A stretch of 64,000 bases of DNA from an uncultured Nitrososphaerota archaeon (GTDB lineage: Archaea > Korarchaeota > Korarchaeia > Korarchaeales > Korarchaeaceae). Position numbers and translations under genes: made by a program. Within the stretch, counting starts at the first letter, position 1, and every line of letters starts with the position of its first letter. The notes beneath the pieces were generated by a model. It worked only from the letters and a program-made list of their open reading frames with translations, was not told the DNA's origin and searched no databases. Below, in pieces: positions 1 through 8,328 of the stretch. Location: positions 177,800 through 241,799 of the forward strand of contig CAZQNA010000002.1 in NCBI GenBank assembly GCA_964594835.1, written 5' to 3'.

Positions 1-1
1 C

Positions 2-3000
2 CTGGTCTCCGCGGAGCCCCAGCCCAACTCCACGGCAGGCAGGGTGATCACCTGGGACCTCAGGGCCCAGAACATCACGATCAACCTCACGACCCGGAGG
101 TCCGACGGCGCGTCCTGCGGGGACTGGGGCGAGAACTCCGTGGACGCCGAGCTCAACTGCTGCGCCAGCTGCTCCCCCTCCTCCTCCGACTCCCACTCGA
201 TAAGGATCACCTGCTCCAATCAGACGGACTGCTTCATCGTGAGGAGCGAGGCCAACGCCTCCTCGGTCGAGGCGTGCTCCCCGCTCGAGTACACGACCAA
301 CGTGACGTTCAACGTGGACGGGATAAACTCCACGCTATCCAACATGACCTTCTCCCACTGCGCCGCGGAGACCGGCAACCTGGAGGAGACCTACCTTGGG
401 CCGACCACGGTGACGCTCCCGAACGGGACGCAGGTCACGCTGGATCCCTACCTCCACACGAGCACGTGCATCTACTGGAACCTGAGCGAGCTGAACTTCG
501 TAGTAAACTCGGGTGACGTGCTTGAGATATCCTACCCGATGAGGGTGAGGTGCTCGGCCGAGGGCTACATTCACGACAGGATGGGGCTGTCCCTCAACGC
601 CACGGCCTCTGACGGGACGAGCCTGGACTGCGAGGGGGAGGAGAGGTGGGCGGTATACGTCGAGGTCAGGAGGCCCCACCTGCAGATCTCGGAGTCTCAC
701 CCGCCCTACACCACCGTGTGCGAACGCGAGGAGAGGAGGGTCAGGGTCTCCGGGGCCACGGCATCCTCCCCCGGCTACAACCTCACCGTGACGAGCGAGG
801 TTCCATCGGGCCTCGAGTTCCTCGGCCCCTCCGTGGTCGAGTTCGACAACGGCACGGTCGTGACCAACGTGGACCCGATCGTCCAGGGGGACCTCCTCAT
901 CTGGAACTCAACCAACGTGCCCCAGCTCTCAAAGGTCGACACGGGGTTCACGATCTCCTACAACATGACCCCCTGCTGCTCCGTCAGGCCCGGCTACGTC
1001 TACAGGTCCACGCTCGACTACTCGGACAAGTGCGAGGCCCTTGGAATCTGCGAGCCCCAGTGCACGTGCGTATGGCACGAGACCTACACGAGCGGGGGTC
1101 AGCCCATACTCAGGGCGAACCTGGTGATCTACAAGACGCCCGAGAGGATATACGCCGAGTCCCAGATGGTCGAGTGGAGGATCTGGCTTTACAACTCGGG
1201 CAACGGGACGGCCAACAACGTCACGGTCGTCGACTCCCTCGGGGCCGGGCTGAGGTGCAACGCCAGCACGGCCCCCGCGGGCTGGTCCACCAGGGTCTCG
1301 GCGGACGGGAGGACCGTCACCTTCACGAACGGCACGTTAGGGCCCGGAGACAAGGTAAACTTCACGCTCCGCGCCAAGATGGTAGCCTGCTCTGGCCTGA
1401 CCGACCACGTGAACGCGTCCTGGGGCTGCTGCTCCGAGTCCTGTCAGGTCGTGGAGGACAGCTCCGACGTCGTCGTCCCCGACGGTGAGCTCTACATAAC
1501 GGACGACCTAGAGCCCAACCCCGTGAACCTCTGCGAGGGGGCAAACGTCACCGCCGTCGTGAAGAACGTGGGCGCCGTCGACGTCTACAACGTCACCGTG
1601 AACTACACCCTCCCGCCCTGCTTCTACTACAACTCCTCCGCCCTGGCGACCGCGTTCAACTCCACCTACTCGGCCCCCATCTCCCCGGCCCAGGTGGATC
1701 CAGAGCTGAGGTGGGTCGTCTGGGACCTCTCCGGCACCCCGTTCTCAACCCTGGACAGGGAGGAGACCGTCAACATCACGTTCGGGGCGGTGGCGAGCTG
1801 CCCCTGCGACGACGGGGGAGGGCACTCCACCATGAGGGTCACCTACGACAAGCCCTGCGCCGAGCAGGCCGCGGAGATAAGGACGTCCGGCTCCACGAAC
1901 TACGAGCTGAGGAAGCCGGACCTCCAGGTGGAGGCCGCCACCAGGGTCTGCGGGGAGAATGGCGATGAGATCGTGTGGGACGTGACCGTGGTCAACAGGG
2001 GAGATACGACCGCCAGAAACGTGGGAGTCACGATAGAGCTCCCCTCCGCCACGTCTTACGTTTCGGCGACCCCGACGCCGGATTCGGTCACCGGGAGGGT
2101 GTTGGAGTGGCGCCCGACCTCCGAGGGAGGCTCGCTCGACGACATACCCCCCAACGGGTCCCAGGCGTTCTCCATAACGGTCAGGGTGGTGGACTGCAAG
2201 AGTAGGGCCTACATCCACGTGAGGGTCAGGGACGGCTGCGAGGGGTGTGTGTACGAGGACGAGTGGTACAACAGCACCTCCTACCTCCACAGCACCCCGT
2301 ACCGCATCAGCGTCCAGATACGAGACGACACGGCGGAGGCGTGTGAGCAGGCCACCTGGAGGTTCAGGCTGAGGAACTCAGACCCGTGCCTGCCCCTCTA
2401 CGTCCCGAGCGGGCGGCTGATCGTCAACGACACCCTCGCCACGGGGGTGCAGGCCGTCACCCCCCTGGAGGACAACACTGTGGTCAGGTTCCACGACAGC
2501 TCGGAGGGCACGGACACCTACCTGCCGGTGTACCCGTACATGGTGGCCCCTCCGCCCGGCGTCACCATGTACGTGTGGGTGGAGGGGCTGCCAGGCGGTG
2601 GGATCCAGTGGTACATCATCAACGACACCTGGAGGCTCGACCCCCGGGACTACTTCGAGGTCAGGTACAACGTCACCTCCCCCGACTGCAGCCTCGTGAG
2701 GGCCGACCACACGATCCAGACCGACGGGGTCGAGGACTCCTGCGGAAAGGACAAGGACAGGACGAGGTCCAGGACGGACACGGTGCTCGTCCCGGTCCTC
2801 CAGGTGACCAAGGAGCCCAAGACCCAGTACGCCGACATCAACCAGACCGTGTCCTGGACGATCAGGGTGACCAACGTGGGGAACGCCACGGCCCCCAACG
2901 TGACCGTCGTGGACCGCCTGAACTCGAGGTTTGAGTACGTCGACGCCACCCCGCCGCCCGACAGGACGGAGGGGATAGCGGGGAGCTACACCGAGCTGAC

Positions 3001-6000
3001 GTGGACCAACATAACCCTCGGCCCGGGCGAGAACTTCACCTTCGACCTGAGGGCCAAGCTCGTCAAGTGTCCGCCCCCGAACGCCACGGACAACGTCACG
3101 GCCTACTGGGGGTGCGGGCCGGCCTGCTCGGACCCGGTCTCCGCCGAGGCGATCGTGCTGGCCTGCGGCCTCCCGTCTCCCATAGACAAGAACCCGAGGA
3201 GGTTCGAGGTCTGTGGAAACGAGACGATCACGATCACCGTGCACAACAGCGGTGCCACGATGTATGGAATATCCTTCAACGAGACGCTTCCGTTCGGCCT
3301 TGAGCCGATCGACATACTCCCGGATGGCAACGTCAGCGCCAACATCTCGGTGTCCGGGGGGCCCTCATACACCAACGTGCCCAGCAACTTCACCGAGGTG
3401 CAGGCAGGGTCGCACAGGACGATCATCTGGACCCTGGAGGACGTGACCGTCCCAATGGGGGCGGACGTCTACCTGAGGTTCAGGGTGCACGCCAACTGCA
3501 GCCTGACCTCCACGAGGGAGGTCGTGAACTTCACATACTGGGACGCTTGCAACCACAGCTACACGAACGTCACGGTGTTCTCCACGTCGGACCTCAGGCC
3601 CGACCTCTCGAACAGCGAGAAGGTGGTCGTGTCCCCCGCGGGGAGGGTGGACAGGTGGGAGGAGGTCGTTTGGGACCTGATAGTCAGGAACTCGGGGGAC
3701 GGGAGCGTCTACTTCCTGAACCTGACCGACTCGCTGGGCGAAGGCCTGGAGTTCCTCGGGGCGAACGTGACCCCCACCTCCGTCTCTGACGGGGTGATAA
3801 GGTGGAACCTCAGCCTCGTCCAGGACCCGCTCGAGCCGGGGGAGAGCATGGCCATTCGCGTGAGGGCCAACGCCACCGGCTGCCCGACCCGGTACACCGA
3901 CACCGCCTCGTTCAGGTGGAGCTGCGACGGGGTCATATGCGCCGGAAACGAGGTCCAGTCGGAGGTGAGCGTTGACAGGGCCAGGGCCGGGATAGACGTG
4001 AAGAACGGCTTCGACGGGGAGCTGGAGAGGTGCACGGACGAGAGGGTGAACTTCACCGCCAGGAACACCGGGGACGGGACGGCCTACGGGTTCAACTCCT
4101 CGATGCCGGTCAGGCTCACCTACAGGTTCCCGACGTCGGCCTGCGCCTCCTACGTGAGCGGCTCTGCCAACGTCACGCTCCCGAACGGGACCGTCCTCCA
4201 CATGGACCCCGGCGTCTCGGCCGTAGGCGGGACGGTCGAGCTGCTGTGGGAGCTGACCGGGGTGGAGGTGGAGCTAGGTGAGTCGATACGGGTCGAGTTC
4301 CTCCTTAGCGTCGGCTGCTGCTCCGTGCCCGGCGGCACCTTCGAGGCCAGTGGAAGCTGGTACGGCGCCTGCGGCGAGGTACTCACAGACTCGGACGACG
4401 TCGGTCCCCTGGAGGTCCTCATCCCGGACATAAGCGTCTCCAAGGAGCCGCCCCAGCAGAGGCAGGACTGGGGCGACCTCGCCGAGTGGACGATAGTCGT
4501 TTCGAACAACGGAAACGGGACGGCGAGGGACGTCAACGTCACAGACACCCTCTCTGACATGGAGTACGTCTACGACAACAGGTCCGACGTGAGGGTCAGC
4601 TCCTCCCCGAACCGGGTGGAGTGGAGGGTCCCGTCCCTCGGCCCGGGCGAGCGCTTCGTCGTCCTGCTCAGGGCCAACGTGACGGGCTGCTGGATCATGG
4701 AGGACAACGTCGAGGCCAGCTGGGGCTGCGGAGGATCCGACTGCGAGAGCGAGACCGACTCGGCCGAGGTGAGGCTCCTCTACCCGAACGTCTCAATATC
4801 GCTCATACCCTACACAGGCCACTGCCCGGTCTCCCCCGAGCCCGGAGACCTGGTGAACTACACCGTCAGGCTGGAGAGCCTGCCCGACACCGGCACCGCG
4901 TACAACCTGACGTACTGGGTGGACCTGCCCGAGTTCATGGACTACGTCTGGTCAGAGGGCGGGAGCTACGACCCCGTCCTGAACAGGATAACCTGGACGC
5001 TGGACTCCATGGGACCCGGGCAGACCGTGGACAGGAACTTCACCGCCACGGTCAGGGCCCTCACGCCGGACCGCACGAGGGCCGACGTGAACGCCACCCT
5101 CACGTATCACGACTCATGCGGCAGGACGGCCAACCCGGAGACCGGAGCGGAGTACTTCGACAACGACTCCTGCGGGGTCGTCGTGGTCAGGTCTCCCGTC
5201 CTCGACATCACGAAGGAGTTCATCCCCAACCAGACGACGGAGTGCTCGAAGGTCGTGGTCAACGTGACGTTCTGGAACAGGGGCCTCGGGCACATGTACA
5301 ACGTGTCGATAGTCGACGACCTGCCCGAGGGGCTGAGGTACGTCCCCAACACGACCATAGTGGTCAACGGGTCGACCGGCGAGATCATCTCCACGTCCGA
5401 CCCGACCATCTCTGGAAACAGGCTGACCTGGGACCTGGGTCTGACTCTGAATCCTGGCGAGGGCATCAGGATGAACTTCACAGTCAGGGCGGCCTGCGGG
5501 ACCGGAGGGTGCGTGAACTGGGTCACCGGCTACGGCGAGGATGGGGCAGGAGGCCGCAACTCGAGCACGGCCCACGCTAACCTATCCGTGTCATACGCGG
5601 TGCTCCGACTCAGCAAGAGCATAGGCGCCTCGGTGGTGCCCCAGGGCTCAACCGTCAAGGTGTACCTCATGACCACGAACCGCGGGAACACGACCGCCTG
5701 GAACCTTACCTTCAGGGACGTGCTGCCTGTAGGCATGAGCTACGTCTCCGGCTCCACCAGGATCGGGGGAGCCCCAGCCCCCGACCCGGTCAGGAGGGGG
5801 AGGGAGCTGATCTGGAGGACAACCCACTCGCTCGACCCCGGGGAGCGCCTGACCCTGGAGTTCGAGGCCGAGGTGACCGGCCTGGGGTACATGACGAACA
5901 GGGGTGAGGTGAACTGGACCTGCTCCTGCGGACCGGCCAGGGACTCCGACGTGATACTCGCCGTGCCGCCGCCATCTCCACCGCCGCCGACCCCGCCGCC

Positions 6001-7213
6001 ACCGTCCCCACCGCCGCCATCTCCACCGCCGCCATCTCCACCGCCGCCGACCCCGCCGGAGAACAGGACCCAGCCGAGGCCGGTGATCCACATAGAGAAG
6101 GTCGCTGATCCTGACGTGGCCAGGAGGGGCCAGGTGGTCCGCTTCCACATAACGGTCTGCAACCTCGGGAACGCGTCCACCGAGGTGATTCACGTCGTGG
6201 ACCTGCTGCCGGAGGGGCTGCAGCCGATGGGGCAGACTGACTGGACGGTTGGCCCCCTGGATCCGGGAGAGTGCGTCAACCTCACCCTGGACGCCAGAGT
6301 CACGGTGATCGAGGGCGACCTGATCAACGTCGCCAAGGCCGACGGGTCGAACACCACGACCGTGGTCTACGTCAGGCCCACCTACGTCCCGGCGATAGGG
6401 GTGACCAAGACCTGCCCCGACGAGGTGAGGAGCGGAGAGCAGGCCAGGATAGTCGTGACCGTGGTGAACAGGGGCAACGGAACCTTCACGGGAGAGCTGG
6501 TGGATCTCCTGCCCGAGGGGTGGGTCCTGAGTCCGGAGAGCGTCGAGGTCGAGGGCAGGGCCGAGGTGAGGGTGGAGGCGGGGAGGCTCGTCCTCAACCT
6601 GACCCTGGATCCCGGAGAGACCGTCAGGATAATCTACACGGTGACCGTGAACGATGAAGGCTGCAACAGGGTCACGGTGGCGGGAGAAGAGGTCGAGTGC
6701 TGCGTGTCGATCGTGCCCGCCACCCTGTCGACGATGCTGCTGATCTTGGCGTTCCTGCCCGTGAGGAGCAGGCCCGTGGTCGTGGACAGGGAGTCACTTA
6801 AGAGGCTGATCCTGTCACTCGGGGAGGAGAGGATCTCAAAGAGGTGGAAGATCCACATATCCAGGAGGACCGCGTCCGCCCTCCTGACGGATCCGGCCGT
6901 CGGGGGGAGCGTCGAGCGCCTGATCTCCACAGGCGTCCTGAAGGTGCAAGACATGACCTCTGAGGCTGAGATGGCGAGGCTCGTGAGGAGGCTGGCCAGG
7001 AGGCTGGGCGTCGACAGGGACGAGGCGGAGTCCCTCGCGCTGGCGATGGCCATGAACGCGAGGGCGCTGATATCCTCCAGCGCGATCCTGAGAGAGGCCG
7101 GCGCAGAGATCTCCCTTGACGTGAGGACTCCAAAGGAGTTCATCGAGGAGATGATCTCCACGGGGACCCTCACAGAGAGAGAGTGGATCCTGGCCCTCAG
7201 GAAGGCCGGGTGA
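2..7213 (+). CDS. Giant DUF11 (Ig-like) repeat cell-surface glycoprotein, 5'-truncated by the window; Pro-rich linker, membrane segment and C-terminal degenerate PIN-like domain
   Basis: Frame is open from base 2. Many K..(W/Y)TI.V.N.G...A.NV.V.D.LP.G repeats, dense N-x-S/T sequons and paired Cys. Hydrophobic IVPATLSTMLLILAFLP is followed by RPVVVD...DRDEAESLALA (PIN/DUF3368-like). Confidence 0.88.
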   Translation: MVSAEPQPNSTAGRVITWDLRAQNITINLTTRRSDGASCGDWGENSVDAELNCCASCSPSSSDSHSIRITCSNQTDCFIVRSEANASSVEACSPLEYTTNVTFNVDGINSTLSNMTFSHCAAETGNLEETYLGPTTVTLPNGTQVTLDPYLHTSTCIYWNLSELNFVVNSGDVLEISYPMRVRCSAEGYIHDRMGLSLNATASDGTSLDCEGEERWAVYVEVRRPHLQISESHPPYTTVCEREERRVRVSGATASSPGYNLTVTSEVPSGLEFLGPSVVEFDNGTVVTNVDPIVQGDLLIWNSTNVPQLSKVDTGFTISYNMTPCCSVRPGYVYRSTLDYSDKCEALGICEPQCTCVWHETYTSGGQPILRANLVIYKTPERIYAESQMVEWRIWLYNSGNGTANNVTVVDSLGAGLRCNASTAPAGWSTRVSADGRTVTFTNGTLGPGDKVNFTLRAKMVACSGLTDHVNASWGCCSESCQVVEDSSDVVVPDGELYITDDLEPNPVNLCEGANVTAVVKNVGAVDVYNVTVNYTLPPCFYYNSSALATAFNSTYSAPISPAQVDPELRWVVWDLSGTPFSTLDREETVNITFGAVASCPCDDGGGHSTMRVTYDKPCAEQAAEIRTSGSTNYELRKPDLQVEAATRVCGENGDEIVWDVTVVNRGDTTARNVGVTIELPSATSYVSATPTPDSVTGRVLEWRPTSEGGSLDDIPPNGSQAFSITVRVVDCKSRAYIHVRVRDGCEGCVYEDEWYNSTSYLHSTPYRISVQIRDDTAEACEQATWRFRLRNSDPCLPLYVPSGRLIVNDTLATGVQAVTPLEDNTVVRFHDSSEGTDTYLPVYPYMVAPPPGVTMYVWVEGLPGGGIQWYIINDTWRLDPRDYFEVRYNVTSPDCSLVRADHTIQTDGVEDSCGKDKDRTRSRTDTVLVPVLQVTKEPKTQYADINQTVSWTIRVTNVGNATAPNVTVVDRLNSRFEYVDATPPPDRTEGIAGSYTELTWTNITLGPGENFTFDLRAKLVKCPPPNATDNVTAYWGCGPACSDPVSAEAIVLACGLPSPIDKNPRRFEVCGNETITITVHNSGATMYGISFNETLPFGLEPIDILPDGNVSANISVSGGPSYTNVPSNFTEVQAGSHRTIIWTLEDVTVPMGADVYLRFRVHANCSLTSTREVVNFTYWDACNHSYTNVTVFSTSDLRPDLSNSEKVVVSPAGRVDRWEEVVWDLIVRNSGDGSVYFLNLTDSLGEGLEFLGANVTPTSVSDGVIRWNLSLVQDPLEPGESMAIRVRANATGCPTRYTDTASFRWSCDGVICAGNEVQSEVSVDRARAGIDVKNGFDGELERCTDERVNFTARNTGDGTAYGFNSSMPVRLTYRFPTSACASYVSGSANVTLPNGTVLHMDPGVSAVGGTVELLWELTGVEVELGESIRVEFLLSVGCCSVPGGTFEASGSWYGACGEVLTDSDDVGPLEVLIPDISVSKEPPQQRQDWGDLAEWTIVVSNNGNGTARDVNVTDTLSDMEYVYDNRSDVRVSSSPNRVEWRVPSLGPGERFVVLLRANVTGCWIMEDNVEASWGCGGSDCESETDSAEVRLLYPNVSISLIPYTGHCPVSPEPGDLVNYTVRLESLPDTGTAYNLTYWVDLPEFMDYVWSEGGSYDPVLNRITWTLDSMGPGQTVDRNFTATVRALTPDRTRADVNATLTYHDSCGRTANPETGAEYFDNDSCGVVVVRSPVLDITKEFIPNQTTECSKVVVNVTFWNRGLGHMYNVSIVDDLPEGLRYVPNTTIVVNGSTGEIISTSDPTISGNRLTWDLGLTLNPGEGIRMNFTVRAACGTGGCVNWVTGYGEDGAGGRNSSTAHANLSVSYAVLRLSKSIGASVVPQGSTVKVYLMTTNRGNTTAWNLTFRDVLPVGMSYVSGSTRIGGAPAPDPVRRGRELIWRTTHSLDPGERLTLEFEAEVTGLGYMTNRGEVNWTCSCGPARDSDVILAVPPPSPPPPTPPPPSPPPPSPPPPSPPPPTPPENRTQPRPVIHIEKVADPDVARRGQVVRFHITVCNLGNASTEVIHVVDLLPEGLQPMGQTDWTVGPLDPGECVNLTLDARVTVIEGDLINVAKADGSNTTTVVYVRPTYVPAIGVTKTCPDEVRSGEQARIVVTVVNRGNGTFTGELVDLLPEGWVLSPESVEVEGRAEVRVEAGRLVLNLTLDPGETVRIIYTVTVNDEGCNRVTVAGEEVECCVSIVPATLSTMLLILAFLPVRSRPVVVDRESLKRLILSLGEERISKRWKIHISRRTASALLTDPAVGGSVERLISTGVLKVQDMTSEAEMARLVRRLARRLGVDRDEAESLALAMAMNARALISSSAILREAGAEISLDVRTPKEFIEEMISTGTLTEREWILALRKAG
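5966..6055 (+). repeat. Six tandem 15-bp units encoding PPP(S/T)P, an extensin-like Pro-rich linker
   Basis: Variants of ccgccgccatctcca / ccgccgccgaccccg occur in exact 15-bp register. Confidence 0.95.
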
Positions 7214-7232
7214 GGGGATCCTCCCCCTTCCC

Positions 7233-7442
7233 CTATTTTTTCCCCCTCAGGACCTCTACGATTATGACCGCCAGGAACGCGAGCGCCGCCCACCTCAGGT
7301 TCCCGGTCAGCCAGTAGACGGCCACGCCGACGGCCCCGGGGATGAGGAGCATCAGCACGGCCTTGAGGATCAGGATAACTATCACGAGCCCGAGCACGAC
7401 TATCAGCATGGACAGCACGTCGTGGAGGATCGACGGGTCCAC
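7233..7442 (-). CDS. Small (~69 aa) integral membrane protein
   Basis: Strongly hydrophobic ORF with a basic tail (RGKK). GTG start lies ~25 bp downstream of a TTTAATTT box. Confidence 0.7.
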   Translation of the reverse strand: MDPSILHDVLSMLIVVLGLVIVILILKAVLMLLIPGAVGVAVYWLTGNLRWAALAFLAVIIVEVLRGKK

Positions 7443-7465
7443 GTGGTCCCATGTGGTCCGACTCC

Positions 7466-7474
7466 AAATTAAAG
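7466..7474 (-). promoter_or_regulatory. Putative archaeal TATA box for the small membrane protein gene
   Basis: CTTTAATTT on the minus strand in a GC-rich context, ~25 bp upstream of the GTG at 7442. Confidence 0.45.
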
Positions 7475-7625
7475 AACCGCGTCTCGACCCGGCCGCCACG
7501 CGGGCGACGGGGGGGTGGTTTTTATGGACCCAGGTCAACTCCCCCCAGCTGGGCGGGCCCTTCTGGAAGCGCGCCTGAGGTGGAGGATCTGCGTTGCCCG
7601 AAGATGGAGAAGTCAAGATGACCGC

Positions 7626-8321
7626 GTGGAGGAGGAGCGCGTCGATAGGAAGAGGAGGTCCCTGCTCAAGGCTGGGATCGGGCTGGGGGTGACTATGCTC
7701 CTGGCCTATCTCCTCTGGCCCGATTTGGAGAAGCTCATGGGGAGGAGGGGGCGGAGAACCAGCCCGCCTGGGACGGGCGTCCCGGGCCTCACAAGCTCCC
7801 CGCCTCCCACGACCGCAACCCCTCACGAGACTCCGGCGCCCACGACGGGGCCGACGACCGGGCCTCCTGCCACCATCTCCCCCGGAGATCTGGGCGCGGA
7901 GCTCCCGGGCCTGCCGGGAGGGTCGCCGCTGGGGTCCCTGAGGCCCTACCTCACCCTCGAGCCCCTCGCGGCTATGTCCAGCACGGCGACCGACTGGGAC
8001 AAGGTCCACCTGTCGGTCCAGCTGAAGTCGTCTAACTTGGGCGGCGCCCCGTCCTCGGCCCTGCTAGAGGTTCTGCTCCTAGAGGACAGCCTGACCCTAC
8101 CCCTCAACCTCTCCTCGCTCCCCAGGATCGGTTTCGACGCGGTCTACCTGCCGCCCGGGAGCGGAGTCGTCCAGTGGTACTTTGCAGACATCCCCGCCGA
8201 CGCCACTGGCGTTTTCTTCGCTATAACTGACCCCCTTCTCGACCCGTGCCCGAGGTCCCTCTCCAGCCAGCCGGAGATCCAGGCAGAGATCGGGAGGCAC
8301 CTGGTCTACTACGGGAAGTGA
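7626..8321 (+). CDS. Twin-arginine (Tat) signal/anchor protein with Pro/Thr linker and a small beta-rich domain
   Basis: KRRSLLKAGIGLGVTMLL fits the RRxFLK-type motif plus h-region. P/T-rich linker follows. Start at GTG 7626 is inferred. Confidence 0.7.
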   Translation: MEEERVDRKRRSLLKAGIGLGVTMLLAYLLWPDLEKLMGRRGRRTSPPGTGVPGLTSSPPPTTATPHETPAPTTGPTTGPPATISPGDLGAELPGLPGGSPLGSLRPYLTLEPLAAMSSTATDWDKVHLSVQLKSSNLGGAPSSALLEVLLLEDSLTLPLNLSSLPRIGFDAVYLPPGSGVVQWYFADIPADATGVFFAITDPLLDPCPRSLSSQPEIQAEIGRHLVYYGK

Positions 8322-8328
8322 GAGGAGG

